A stretch of DNA of 64,000 nucleotides from Syntrophales bacterium (GTDB taxonomy: Bacteria > Desulfobacterota > Syntrophia > Syntrophales > UBA4778), in assembly GCA_963665615.2 (NCBI GenBank), contig CAXXQE010000008.1, positions 868,001 to 932,000 of the forward strand, given 5' to 3'. A program made the translations under genes and the position numbers. Of the stretch, positions 1 to 9,671 are shown one piece after another. Every line of letters begins with the position of its first letter. Positions within the stretch are counted from its first letter, which is position 1. The notes under the pieces are model-generated. The model did not search any database. It was not told the DNA's origin and was given only the letters and a program-made list of their open reading frames with translations.

Positions 1-776
1 GTTACCAATTCCGCAGTGCGAATTTGGACCTCTTCTTCGAGTTGGTCCCGGTGCTCGGCCAACTGTCTGTCGCGTTCTTTGATCTGCCCCAGCATGACAT
101 TGAACCCCTGCGCCAGAATATTCAGTTCGGCGATCTCGCTGCCTTTGGCGCGCACCGAGTAGTCGTTATGCAAGGAAACCCGCTCGGTCAGTGAGGACAG
201 GTCGTTGATCGGTTGGAGAATGGCCCTGTCGAGACGGCGCAAGAGCAGGTAGGCGACGGTCACGGCCAGCAGACCGGAAAAGAGCATGATCAGATGATGC
301 AGGCCCATCTGACGATAGAGCGGCGCTAGGTCGATATCTAGAAACAATGCTCCCCGCAGCTCATGGCTGTGGCGGATGGGATAGGTCAAATGGATGTCGC
401 GAAGGCTGTAAGTTGTCTGCAGATTGTATGATCGAAGTGTCGCAGGCAGATGCGATTGATACCGCCCCTGTTTTACAAAGAGCCGTCCGTCCGGACCGTA
501 TAGGGCGACCCCCAGCACGTCCTCGGAATTGTTGAGCGATGCCAGAACACCAAGCGCAGCGTCTTTGTCCTGAAACATTAAAGAGGCCGCGGTATTTTCA
601 GCCAGAACGGCTGCCGTGGCACGATTCTTTTCTACCAGCGAGAACAGATTCATTAAATAACTGCTTGTTAGCACCAACAAGGCGACCAGGACAATGGCAG
701 TCGCAAGCGTTATCAGGTTGATGCGTTGGAGCTTGCGTCGCAGCGTGATGATATTATACTTCCCGGCTGCCGTCAT
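1..776 (-). CDS. Membrane sensor, CHASE8-like periplasmic domain + HAMP + signalling helix (5' part only, runs off the window; output domain unseen)
   Basis: Absent from the ORF track because it has no stop in the window. Manual translation from ATG 776, which overlaps the yfiR stop as ATGA, is open to the edge: MTAAGKYNIITLRRKLQRINLITLATAIVLVALLV (TM1), ENTAASLMFQDKDAALGVLASL (YfiN-like periplasmic motif), TM2, AILQPINDLSSLTERVSLHNDYSVRA..ELNILAQGFNVML (HAMP), EHRDQLEEEVQIRTAELV. Confidence 0.85.
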   Translation of the reverse strand, partial: MTAAGKYNIITLRRKLQRINLITLATAIVLVALLVLTSSYLMNLFSLVEKNRATAAVLAENTAASLMFQDKDAALGVLASLNNSEDVLGVALYGPDGRLFVKQGRYQSHLPATLRSYNLQTTYSLRDIHLTYPIRHSHELRGALFLDIDLAPLYRQMGLHHLIMLFSGLLAVTVAYLLLRRLDRAILQPINDLSSLTERVSLHNDYSVRAKGSEIAELNILAQGFNVMLGQIKERDRQLAEHRDQLEEEVQIRTAELV

Positions 777-1300
777 TGGGACACCTTTTCAGCCAGTTTC
801 AGCAGTTTAGAGCTTACCGACAGCCCGGCGTTGCGGGTGGCAGCCAGATTGATGTCGAAAGAGATCTTGTTCTGGCAGGTAAACATGTTGATGGCGATAC
901 CCATCGTAGAGGTTGGGGTGTCGGCCACTGTCAAAACAGCGCGTCCCTTGAGGGCATTGTGGAGCTCATCGAGCTGTTCGATCGCCGAGGCGCTGATGAA
1001 GACCACCTGGCAGTCCTTTAGCTCAGACAGGCGGGTTGCTCGATATATCGCGATGGTGCGAACCCCAGCGGTTTTCCCTTTGAGCTTATCCAGGTTCTGT
1101 CCGAAGGGATCCCGTCCGTATGTGCAGAGTTTGAGAGTGGGGCCGACGCTTTCCGGCCATTCCGTAAAGAGGATGAAGTTATAGAGAAAGGCCGCTTTCA
1201 GTGCGTATTCTTGTGACTCATGTCTTTCACCTCGGGATGGCCAAGGAAGCAAAAGGCAGATGCACAGCGTGAGAATCAGTATGGTCTGTCTAAACGTCAT
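773..1300 (-). CDS. YfiR family (DUF4154) periplasmic protein
   Basis: Signal peptide MTFRQTILILTLCICLLLPWPSRG; EYALKAAFLYNFILFTEWP; Cys pair (LKLCTYG, KDCQVVF); C-terminal FDINLAATRNAGLSVSSKLLKLA. Start moved from 1546 to ATG 1300. Confidence 0.9.
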   Translation of the reverse strand: MTFRQTILILTLCICLLLPWPSRGERHESQEYALKAAFLYNFILFTEWPESVGPTLKLCTYGRDPFGQNLDKLKGKTAGVRTIAIYRATRLSELKDCQVVFISASAIEQLDELHNALKGRAVLTVADTPTSTMGIAINMFTCQNKISFDINLAATRNAGLSVSSKLLKLAEKVSQ

Positions 1301-1343
1301 GTCTCTCGTTCTTATATGACAAATGCGAAGTTGATTCAAAACC

Positions 1344-3407
1344 TTAAAAATGCAAAGTGATCTTTGCGTAGGCGCTGCGCCGGCTTTCATAAACCTGGCT
1401 GCTGTATAGTTCAGTGCAGAATTCCGGATGGCTTTCCTGCAGCAGATTCTGGCCAACCAGAGAAAACTCCAAAGAAGAGATCGGGCGCCATCCGATTCGG
1501 AGATCCATCGTCGTATATGCATCGACAGGTTCCCCCTGGAAGCCACCTACATACCTCAGCCAGGCGTCTACCTCGATACTGTGGGGCAGATTGACGAGAG
1601 ACCGCAAAGAAACCTGATGTCTGGGGATGCCAAAATTGATGCCGTAAGTGGTAAGGTATGTCGTTGCGGCCTCTCTAATCTCGGCATAGGTGTAACTGGC
1701 CTTGATCTGCCAGCGGTCAATGGGTTTCCAACCGACCGCCACTTCCGTACCATAAATCTTGGCCGACAGGCTGCTGTCAAGAATGATCGGAAAAACGGCA
1801 TGGGGAACCGGTGTGCCAAGGAAGAAGGGCGTACCTACGTAACTGTTGCGGATATGGTCATAGTCATTAAAGTAACAGGATATATCGATATTGAACCGGC
1901 GGGTCGGTTGAAGACGGTACCCTCCTTCATAAGCAATAACTTCTTCCGACTTGAAATTGGCGTTACCATAAGCCGTAACCACCGTCGGATAGATGGCCGG
2001 TGAGACAGGTGCGAAGACATAATAGTTGGTTTCCAGTCCGTGTTCTATACGCGACGGGGTTCTGACCGCCCGCGATATGGCGGCCCAGGCCGACTGATGG
2101 GGTGTAATGGTCCAGGACAGACGCGTTGAAGGCTGAAACTCGAATCCAGTATAGTCATTGTGTTCCAGCTTTGTGCCGATTATCCAACGGAGCCGTTCTG
2201 GGATCAGGGTGAACTCATTTTGCAGGAAGCCGCTGAAGAGCTGGTCGCGGCGGGTGCTGGGTGTCAAGATAAAATACTCACTTTCTGAAACGGCATCTTG
2301 AGTCATTCGGTAGCCGATCCCCCAGACGATATCGTTCCGACCGAACCACTGGAATCGGTGCTGCAGGTTCAGATCCATCGTGTCCGTGTCTTCGTGAAGA
2401 AAGGAGTCGTGGCGTTCTGTGTGGTCATAGTAGCCTTGAAGGCTCAACTGTGACGTTGCTGTGAGGACGTGGGTCCAGCGTCCGAGGATGTTGCTGCCTC
2501 CCACACGGGTGTATTCTTGGAGCCTAATCGTATAAGGCGGTGTCAGTGTCCAGACATCGTCGACACCATTGGCATGTTCCCGATAGGCGTCGCCCTGGAG
2601 GGTAAAGGTGTTGTCGTCGGAAGCTGTCCGGTCCAGACGAAATCCGGTATGAAAGGCATTCCAGCTGTCGTTGGCTTCCGGTCCTGATTGTGTTCGAGTT
2701 TCTCCACGTTCAAAGTATTTGGCGTAGAGCCGGAGGTAGGTTTCTTCCCCGACCTTCAGTCCGTGGCGGACTCCGGCAAATCCCCTTTCATGTGTCCCCC
2801 CTCCGACCGTAACGAGTCTTCCCTGTGTTTCAGAGGCGTGACAGGTGATGATATTGATCACGCCATTGACAGCATTGGCCCCCCAGAGAGTCGCGCCAGG
2901 GCCCCGGATGACCTCGATCCGTTCAATGTCTTCGATCATCGTGTCCTGAACGTCCCACCAGACGCCCGAATAGAGGTTGGAATAAACGCTTCTGCCGTCG
3001 ATCAGAACGAGCAGTTTGTCCGCGAATCGGGTCTGGAACCCCCGGGCACTGATAGCCCATTTGTTGCTGTCAATCCGAGCGACTTCCACGCCAGGGACCA
3101 TCCGAAGGACATCTGGAATGTTTGTTACGCCGGAGCGGCGAATGTCCTCGCGCGTGATGACGAATATGGCTGCAGGGGCGTCAGAGAGACGTTCCGCTTT
3201 TTTGGAAACGGATGTGACTTCAATGAGCATCAAGTCTTCCAGGCTCATGGTTGTCAGATCTTTGCCAGTGTCAGCGCTCCATCCTTGAGTGGCCAACAGG
3301 ATGATCAAGCCGACGGTCAGAGCGGTTGCCAACCACCTTTGCCGTTGGAACCTATTTATGGCCATTTCATTTAGAGCAATAACCCGTTGAAGGAAATTCT
3401 CTTCCAT
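1344..3407 (-). CDS. TonB-dependent receptor
   Basis: Signal peptide; plug motifs (DAPAAIFVITREDIRRSG, LLVLIDGRSVY, IERIEVIRGPGATLWGANAVNGVINIIT); beta-barrel ending in Phe (KITLHF). Start uncertain (3425, 3407 or 3365). Confidence 0.92.
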   Translation of the reverse strand: MEENFLQRVIALNEMAINRFQRQRWLATALTVGLIILLATQGWSADTGKDLTTMSLEDLMLIEVTSVSKKAERLSDAPAAIFVITREDIRRSGVTNIPDVLRMVPGVEVARIDSNKWAISARGFQTRFADKLLVLIDGRSVYSNLYSGVWWDVQDTMIEDIERIEVIRGPGATLWGANAVNGVINIITCHASETQGRLVTVGGGTHERGFAGVRHGLKVGEETYLRLYAKYFERGETRTQSGPEANDSWNAFHTGFRLDRTASDDNTFTLQGDAYREHANGVDDVWTLTPPYTIRLQEYTRVGGSNILGRWTHVLTATSQLSLQGYYDHTERHDSFLHEDTDTMDLNLQHRFQWFGRNDIVWGIGYRMTQDAVSESEYFILTPSTRRDQLFSGFLQNEFTLIPERLRWIIGTKLEHNDYTGFEFQPSTRLSWTITPHQSAWAAISRAVRTPSRIEHGLETNYYVFAPVSPAIYPTVVTAYGNANFKSEEVIAYEGGYRLQPTRRFNIDISCYFNDYDHIRNSYVGTPFFLGTPVPHAVFPIILDSSLSAKIYGTEVAVGWKPIDRWQIKASYTYAEIREAATTYLTTYGINFGIPRHQVSLRSLVNLPHSIEVDAWLRYVGGFQGEPVDAYTTMDLRIGWRPISSLEFSLVGQNLLQESHPEFCTELYSSQVYESRRSAYAKITLHF

Positions 3408-3693
3408 AAGTGTTCCTTTTTTCAACGATACGTTTTAGAGAGGGCCTCCAGCGCCCTGGGCCCCTATCTTAAGTCGGTGGCTGTGTTTCGTGCGATACAC
3501 GATCACCCATGCAATTGTAACAATCGCAACATCCGACTTAATCGGCAGATTGAATCGTCGGCTTGAGTTTCTTTTAGGGAAACCGACGAGAAAAAAGCAT
3601 CGTAGTATTATAAGAAATATCCTACATACGGTAAGGGCCAGGGGGGCTCTTGACAACGATCATGGAAACGTATTATTCCAATCACCTACTTTT

Positions 3694-5109
3694 ATGAATG
3701 TGAACCCGTCTCCTCAAAACTTGTCACCGGCAGGCAGGAAGACCTTCCTGCGGATCGCCATCGTGAGTTCCTTTCTCCCTTCCTTCATGGGGTCTGCCCT
3801 CAATATCGCCCTGCCGGAGATAGGGCGCGCTTTTTCCCTGAGCGCTGTCAGCTTGGGATGGGTTCAGTCGATCTACCTGCTCGCCACCGCGGTAGCCTTG
3901 GTGCCGATCGGACGAATTGCCGATCTTTACGGACGACGCAGGATCTTCCTTGCCGGGTGCGTAATTTTCAGTCTGATGAGCCTGCTATGCGCAATGGCGC
4001 CCTCTGTGACCGTCCTGATTCTGGCTCGGGGAGGATTGGGTCTGGGAGCGGCCATGATCTTCGCGACGATCACGGCCATGCTGACGGCGGCTTTTCCCCA
4101 TTCGGAACGTGGTCGGGTTCTCGGCATCAATATCGCGGCGGTCTATGTCGGCCTGTCCAGCGGACCGGTGCTGGGCGGTCTGATGACGGAATATTTCGGT
4201 TGGCGAAGCATTTTTGCGACGATCGTACCTCTCGGTCTCTGGCTGGTCTGGGCGGTCCAGAGACACTTCGACGCCGAGCGGCCCGATGCTGAAGGAGAAG
4301 GCCTCGATTTGCCGGGCATGCTGCTCTATGGCGTAGGGACGGCGACGCTGATGTACGGTCTTTCCAGGATACCATCCAATCACGGCCTGATTCTGACAGC
4401 GGCCGGCAGCATCTGCTTGATTGGTTTTATGGTATTTGAACGCCGAGCGGCCTCGCCCGTTATGGATGTACGTCTGTTTATCTCCAATCGCGTTTTCCTG
4501 TATTCAAACCTGGCGGCCCTGATTCATTATAGCGCCACCTTTGCCGTCGGGTTCCTGCTGAGCCTCTACCTGCAAATCGTCCGCGATCTGTCTGCGGCAA
4601 CGGCCGGAATGCTCCTGATCGCCCAGCCCCTTGTCCAGGCCCTGTTTTCTCCTCTCGCCGGCCGACTCTCCGACCGCATGGAGCCTCGGGTGATCGCGTC
4701 TGCCGGCATGGCCCTGACGGGCGTCGGTCTGCTGGCGTTGATCCCGATCCACGACCAAACGCCGATCTGGATGATCGTCTGTATTCTTTGCGTTCAAGGC
4801 TTCGGCTTTGCGCTGTTCGCCTCGCCCAACACCAATGCGATTATGAGCTCAGTGGACAGAAGCCGTTACGGCCTTGCATCCGGCGCCCTGGCCACCATGC
4901 GTCAAATCGGTCAGATGTTGAGTATGACGCTGGCTATGATGGTCTTTTTCCTCTTGATCGGATCGGACCCCCTGACGAAACTCCAAAGCCCGCTGTTGCT
5001 ACGCAGTATGAGCACCCTGTTGACCATTATGGCCGTTCTTTGCGCGTTGGGGGTCTTTGCGTCACTGGCACGTGGCAACTTGCATAAGCCGGGATCCGTC
5101 CCGGACTAA
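3694..5109 (+). CDS. MFS transporter, DHA2 (EmrB/QacA-like) efflux family
   Basis: Motif A GRIADLYGRRR, NIALPEI, GPVLGGLMTEYFGWRSIF, second-half AGRLSDR; about 14 hydrophobic segments. Start moved to ATG 3694. Confidence 0.9.
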   Translation: MNVNPSPQNLSPAGRKTFLRIAIVSSFLPSFMGSALNIALPEIGRAFSLSAVSLGWVQSIYLLATAVALVPIGRIADLYGRRRIFLAGCVIFSLMSLLCAMAPSVTVLILARGGLGLGAAMIFATITAMLTAAFPHSERGRVLGINIAAVYVGLSSGPVLGGLMTEYFGWRSIFATIVPLGLWLVWAVQRHFDAERPDAEGEGLDLPGMLLYGVGTATLMYGLSRIPSNHGLILTAAGSICLIGFMVFERRAASPVMDVRLFISNRVFLYSNLAALIHYSATFAVGFLLSLYLQIVRDLSAATAGMLLIAQPLVQALFSPLAGRLSDRMEPRVIASAGMALTGVGLLALIPIHDQTPIWMIVCILCVQGFGFALFASPNTNAIMSSVDRSRYGLASGALATMRQIGQMLSMTLAMMVFFLLIGSDPLTKLQSPLLLRSMSTLLTIMAVLCALGVFASLARGNLHKPGSVPD

Positions 5110-5127
5110 CCTAACGGGTTGTATCAG

Positions 5128-6120
5128 TTAGTCGTCGTATTCCTGCAACTCCGCCTTCCCGCGGAAGGTCCATAATTTATATGCCGAATAAATGAGAATG
5201 ACTGGGAGGACGACGATCGTGGCGATCAACATAAAGGAGAGCGTATAGGAAGAAGCCGCCGCGGATCGAATGGTCATGGGCGAGAGAACGACATTAGGAA
5301 GGATGTACGGGTAGAAACCGATGGACAAGCCGAGGAAACCCGCGAGCACGAAGATGATATTAAGGACGAGGGGGACCGACTCCAGGCGTTTTTTCAGAGT
5401 GATCAGGTAGAGGCATAGTGCGGCAATCGCAATCAGTGGAGCGATTGACAGCCAAACGGGATGTTGCAACCATTTGGTTCGGATGAACGGGTAGCGCATC
5501 ACCACGCCTGCGTAAACCGCGCAGGATAGGCATAGCGTTGCAAGGGACGCCCAACGCGTGCTAGCAAAGGCACACCTCTGCACCGGACCGGTTGTTTTGA
5601 GGATCAGATAGCTGCTGCCCAGCATGACGTAACCGGCGGTAACGCCGACGGCGGTAAGAAGAGCAAAGGGATTCAGCGAGACGGGGTGTTCATCGAGACC
5701 CCAGAGAAGGGTCCCCAAGGTCAAGCCCTGTGTTACAGCAGCAATCACGCTGCCGATTCCGAATAAAAAGCCCCACAGCGACTTATGCGGCGAACCGTCC
5801 CTGAATTCGAGAGCGATCCCCCGAGTCATCAGCCCGACGAGCATGAGCAGCAGGGGGAAATAGAGCGTGCTCAGCACCAGGCTGTAGAGACGGGGAAAGG
5901 CGCCGAAGAGCATGCCGCTTAGAAGAACCAGCCAGGTTTGATTGGCATGCCAGTTGTCTTTGATGGCGGACATCATCAGACCGCGCTCCGCGTCGTCTTT
6001 GGCGAAAAGCGATAGCATCCCGATGCCGAGATCATAACCGTCCGCTACAGCATAATACAGGAGCAGAAAGCCGATGATGCCATACCAGACTTCGGGCAAG
6101 TGGGTCGAGATCAGCGTCAT
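5128..6120 (-). CDS. cydB: Cytochrome bd ubiquinol oxidase subunit II
   Basis: ADGYDLGIGML, WHANQTWLVL..GMLFGAFP, RGIALEFR, TFRGK; overlaps the cydA stop. Confidence 0.93.
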   Translation of the reverse strand: MTLISTHLPEVWYGIIGFLLLYYAVADGYDLGIGMLSLFAKDDAERGLMMSAIKDNWHANQTWLVLLSGMLFGAFPRLYSLVLSTLYFPLLLMLVGLMTRGIALEFRDGSPHKSLWGFLFGIGSVIAAVTQGLTLGTLLWGLDEHPVSLNPFALLTAVGVTAGYVMLGSSYLILKTTGPVQRCAFASTRWASLATLCLSCAVYAGVVMRYPFIRTKWLQHPVWLSIAPLIAIAALCLYLITLKKRLESVPLVLNIIFVLAGFLGLSIGFYPYILPNVVLSPMTIRSAAASSYTLSFMLIATIVVLPVILIYSAYKLWTFRGKAELQEYDD

Positions 6121-7505
6121 GATGGGCTCCCCTGATGGGTCGCGTGGGGCGCCTGAGCAAGCGTTTCATACTCTGTTGGTCCCCGGCGAATCAGCCGCCG
6201 CATGGCTTTGATGACACAGACAACCAGCAGGCCATAGGCGGCTAGATAGACGACCAGAGAGACTCCGACGAACGGCGCCGGGATCGGAGAAACGGCATGC
6301 GCCGTTCGCAGCATCCTGTAAATGATCCACGGCTGACGACCCACTTCGCGGACGATCCAGCCGGCCTGCAGGGCCAGATAGCCGAGGACGATCCCGCTTA
6401 TCCACGCGTAAAGGAGGCCCTTCTGTTTCGTGATCCGATCGGGGGTTAGCCCTCCCCCTCGCCATGTCCATAGGGTCCAGACCATAATGCCCGCCATGAG
6501 CATTCCGGCTAGGACCATCACGCGGAAGGCGTAGAAGGGCAAGACGACAGGCGGCCGGTCTTCCTTCGGGAAGGCACGGAGTCCCTTGATCTCCGCGGTG
6601 AGGGCATGACCGCCCAGGAGGCTCAGGAGGTTGGGAATGTTAACCTCCCAACGATTTTTAGCTGTTTCGGCATCCGGCCAGGCCACAATGTGCCAGGGCG
6701 CCCCCTGTCCAGGGGGGTTCGTTTCCCAATGAGACTCCATGGCGGCAAATTTTTCAGGCTGCAGGTGGGAGGTCGTGATTCCTGAGCCGTCCCCCAACCA
6801 GATTTGAAGCGGGGCAACGATAACGATGGCGATAGCGGAGATTTTGAAGGACCGGAGGAAAAAATCGACCTGTCTGCCTTTGAGCAGATACCAGGCGCTG
6901 AGGCCGCCAATCGTGAAGAAGGAGATTTCGAGACACGCCATCCACATGTGGGTGACGCTCCAGAACATGTCCGGCGTGAAGAGAGCCTTGAAGTAATCGG
7001 TTACCACGAACCTCCCATCGGCAAAATGGCCGCCGCCGGGGTGCTGCATCCAGGAATTGGCCACGAGGATCCAGAAGGCGGAAAGGGAAGCCCCGAGGGC
7101 CACCATGGTTGTTGCGAAGAGGTGCATCCCCCGGGAGACCCGTTTCCAGCCAAAGATCATGATACCGAGGAAACTGGCTTCCAGCATGAAGGCCATGGCG
7201 CCCTCATAGCCGAGAATATGACCGAAAAAGTCTCCGCCCGCCTCCGAGAATCGGCTCCAATTCATACCGAACTGAAATGACATTGGAAAGCCGCTGGCGA
7301 CTCCTGCCGCGGTACAGATCAGAAAAAAACGCGTCCAGAACTTGACGTGCCGCAGATAGACGGGATTTCCGGTCCGGATCCAGATGGCCTCCATCACGAC
7401 CAGGAAGAGGCTCAGGCCGACGATCAAAACGGCCCAGAGAATGTGGAACATGACGGTGAAGGCAAACTGCCAACGGGCCATCAGAACCGGATCGGGAAAA
7501 GACAC
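6117..7505 (-). CDS. cydA: Cytochrome bd ubiquinol oxidase subunit I
   Basis: ARWQFAFTVMFHILW, FQFGMNW, ANSWMQHP, QPEKFAAME, GWIVREVGRQPW. GTG start at 7505 follows SD AAAGGAG. Confidence 0.95.
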   Translation of the reverse strand: MSFPDPVLMARWQFAFTVMFHILWAVLIVGLSLFLVVMEAIWIRTGNPVYLRHVKFWTRFFLICTAAGVASGFPMSFQFGMNWSRFSEAGGDFFGHILGYEGAMAFMLEASFLGIMIFGWKRVSRGMHLFATTMVALGASLSAFWILVANSWMQHPGGGHFADGRFVVTDYFKALFTPDMFWSVTHMWMACLEISFFTIGGLSAWYLLKGRQVDFFLRSFKISAIAIVIVAPLQIWLGDGSGITTSHLQPEKFAAMESHWETNPPGQGAPWHIVAWPDAETAKNRWEVNIPNLLSLLGGHALTAEIKGLRAFPKEDRPPVVLPFYAFRVMVLAGMLMAGIMVWTLWTWRGGGLTPDRITKQKGLLYAWISGIVLGYLALQAGWIVREVGRQPWIIYRMLRTAHAVSPIPAPFVGVSLVVYLAAYGLLVVCVIKAMRRLIRRGPTEYETLAQAPHATHQGSPS

Positions 7506-7552
7506 TCGATCTCCTTTCGAAACGATCACATGGATCGGGCGTGTTGCACTGG

Positions 7553-7996
7553 CTAATATTTTCCCGCAATATAGTTGCTCAACTGGTCGATCAGGGTGTC
7601 CTTTGCGGAAATGATGGATTTCACCACGTCGCCGATCGATATGAGTCCGATAAACCGGTCGCCGTCATAAACGGGCAGATGACGGATCCGCTTGCCGGTG
7701 ATCAGGACCATGCAATCGTCGACGCTGGTTTCCGGCTTTACGGTGAACATTTTATCGGCGGGTGTCATCACATCCTTGACCAATGTGTCGCGCGAGGTCT
7801 TTCCCTGGAGGGCGATCTTCCGGGCGTAATCTCTTTCCGTGATGATACCGTGGACCTTGTTACCGCTGTCCCTCACGATCAGGGCGCCGATCTCTTTTTC
7901 CCCCATCAGCCTGAGAGCCTCGAAGACAGTGGCATCCGGCGGGACAAACCATACCTCTTTGGACTTGCTCTTTAATAAGTCGCTCGCTCTTTGCAT
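7553..7996 (-). CDS. CBS domain pair protein
   Basis: TVFEALRLMGEKEIGAL, GIITERDYARK, RIRHLPV..IGLISIGDVVK. Confidence 0.92.
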   Translation of the reverse strand: MQRASDLLKSKSKEVWFVPPDATVFEALRLMGEKEIGALIVRDSGNKVHGIITERDYARKIALQGKTSRDTLVKDVMTPADKMFTVKPETSVDDCMVLITGKRIRHLPVYDGDRFIGLISIGDVVKSIISAKDTLIDQLSNYIAGKY

Positions 7997-8033
7997 AGTC
8001 TTTTATCTCCTTTCCTGGTTGATGTTGGGACCA

Positions 8034-9443
8034 TTACTTAAGCCGAACCCTGACCGTACCTGTATTCCCGCTGCGGTAATCCAAAACAAGCAGGGCGACA
8101 AGCTGGTTGGCAGGGATGGCATTGACGACCGCGACAAAGCTGTCCATATTTTCAATGACCTGACCGTTGAAGCCGAGGATAATGTCGTTGACCTCCAAAC
8201 CCGCTTTATTGAGCGGGCTGCCCGGGGTCAGGGCGGTAATCGCGACGCCGACAGGGGATTCAAGTCCGTATTTCGAGGCTTCTTTATCCGTCACAGGTCG
8301 GATCTCGATGCCCAGGCGGCTTTTGATCGATGCAGCAAGAACCTTCGCCGCTGCTTCGTAACTGGCGATGCGGACGCTGATAGAAAGCTTCTGACTCTTC
8401 CGCAAGACAGTGAGTTTGGCCTCTTGGCCTGCCGCCGCTGTTGCCACCCTGTTTCTCAGGTCCTCGGCATCCGCAACCTGGGCGCCGCTATAATCCAGGA
8501 TTACATCTCCCTTGAGGAGGCCTGCCTTCTCCGCCGGTCCACCCTTGACCACTTCCATGACGAGGACGCCTTTGCTTGTAGAGAGTCCCATCTGGCGGGC
8601 TTGCTCGTAAGTCAGATCCTGCAGATTTGCACCGAGCCAACCCCGTTCTACCTTGCCGTGGGCCAGGAGGGCCTTGGCAATATGAAAGGCCATGTTGCTT
8701 GGGATGGCGAAGCCGATGCCTTCTGAACCGCCGGAGGAAGAGGCGATGGCGGAATTGATCCCGATGACATAGCCGTTGAGATCGAGAAGCGGGCCGCCGC
8801 TGTTGCCCGGATTGATAGCGGCGTCGGTCTGGAGAAAGTCCTGATAGCTGCTCGGATCGGAGATACCCTTGCGGTGCTTGGCGCTGATGATTCCCTGCGT
8901 GACCGTCTGGTCCAGCCCCCGGGGATGTCCGATGGCCACGACCCACTCACCGACTTCGACTCGATCGGAATCGCCGAACTTCAGGTAGGGCAGGTCCTTG
9001 CCGGATATTTGAATGACAGCCAAATCTGTTTTAGGATCGGTTCCTATCTTTTTAGCGAGCAGTTTGCGGCCGTCCGCGAGCTGCACCTCGATGCTGGATG
9101 CGCCGCTGACGACGTGGTTATTGGTCAGGATATAGCCCTGGGAATTGATGAGAAAGCCCGTGCCGAGTCCCTTCTGGATGCGTTGAAACTTCTTCGGCGT
9201 CTTCTGCAGATCAAAGAATCGCTGCATGAAGGGATCGCCGTCATAGAAGGGATTGGCAACCTCGCTTTTCTGGGTCACCTCGACGTGAACTACGGCGGGA
9301 ATCGCCGCCTTGGCCACCTTGCTGATCGCCGTTCTGAGATCCGGTTCGGCCCATGACCGAGCGGGGGCAACGGCAACCATCAGGACCAGAATCAGTGATA
9401 GACTAAAACCAATACCGAGTAAACGTTTCGTCTTGCGTAACAT
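8034..9443 (-). CDS. degQ: Periplasmic serine protease Do/DegQ (HtrA family, two PDZ domains)
   Basis: Catalytic triad motifs TNNHVV, KTDLAVI and QTDAAINPGNSGGPL; two PDZ-like repeats; signal peptide from ATG 9443 after GGGAGG. Confidence 0.92.
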   Translation of the reverse strand: MLRKTKRLLGIGFSLSLILVLMVAVAPARSWAEPDLRTAISKVAKAAIPAVVHVEVTQKSEVANPFYDGDPFMQRFFDLQKTPKKFQRIQKGLGTGFLINSQGYILTNNHVVSGASSIEVQLADGRKLLAKKIGTDPKTDLAVIQISGKDLPYLKFGDSDRVEVGEWVVAIGHPRGLDQTVTQGIISAKHRKGISDPSSYQDFLQTDAAINPGNSGGPLLDLNGYVIGINSAIASSSGGSEGIGFAIPSNMAFHIAKALLAHGKVERGWLGANLQDLTYEQARQMGLSTSKGVLVMEVVKGGPAEKAGLLKGDVILDYSGAQVADAEDLRNRVATAAAGQEAKLTVLRKSQKLSISVRIASYEAAAKVLAASIKSRLGIEIRPVTDKEASKYGLESPVGVAITALTPGSPLNKAGLEVNDIILGFNGQVIENMDSFVAVVNAIPANQLVALLVLDYRSGNTGTVRVRLK

Positions 9444-9537
9444 GATCAAAGACCTCCCCAAATAGGACGTTCTCAGGTTATTGATCAAAATTAGTTACGA
9501 CGATTGCCAAAGTCAAATCGTTGCAGTGGTCAGCACT

Positions 9538-9668
9538 GGGGGCTGACACCGTCAGTAACAAGTGACAAGCGGAAAACCTCAGAACTGGGCGCATGCCGCA
9601 GGGAGGCGGTTTAACCGAAACCTTGTCGCCACACAGGCACTCGGAACGCCCTTCTCGTCACTTGTGAC
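9538..9668. repeat. Hairpin+heptamer repeat family: degenerate inverted doublet between degQ and proC
   Basis: GGC-TGAC-ACC..GTAACAA GTGACAA at 9541-9568 and inverted TCGTCAC TTGTGAC at 9655-9668. Confidence 0.6.
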
Positions 9669-9671
9669 TTT

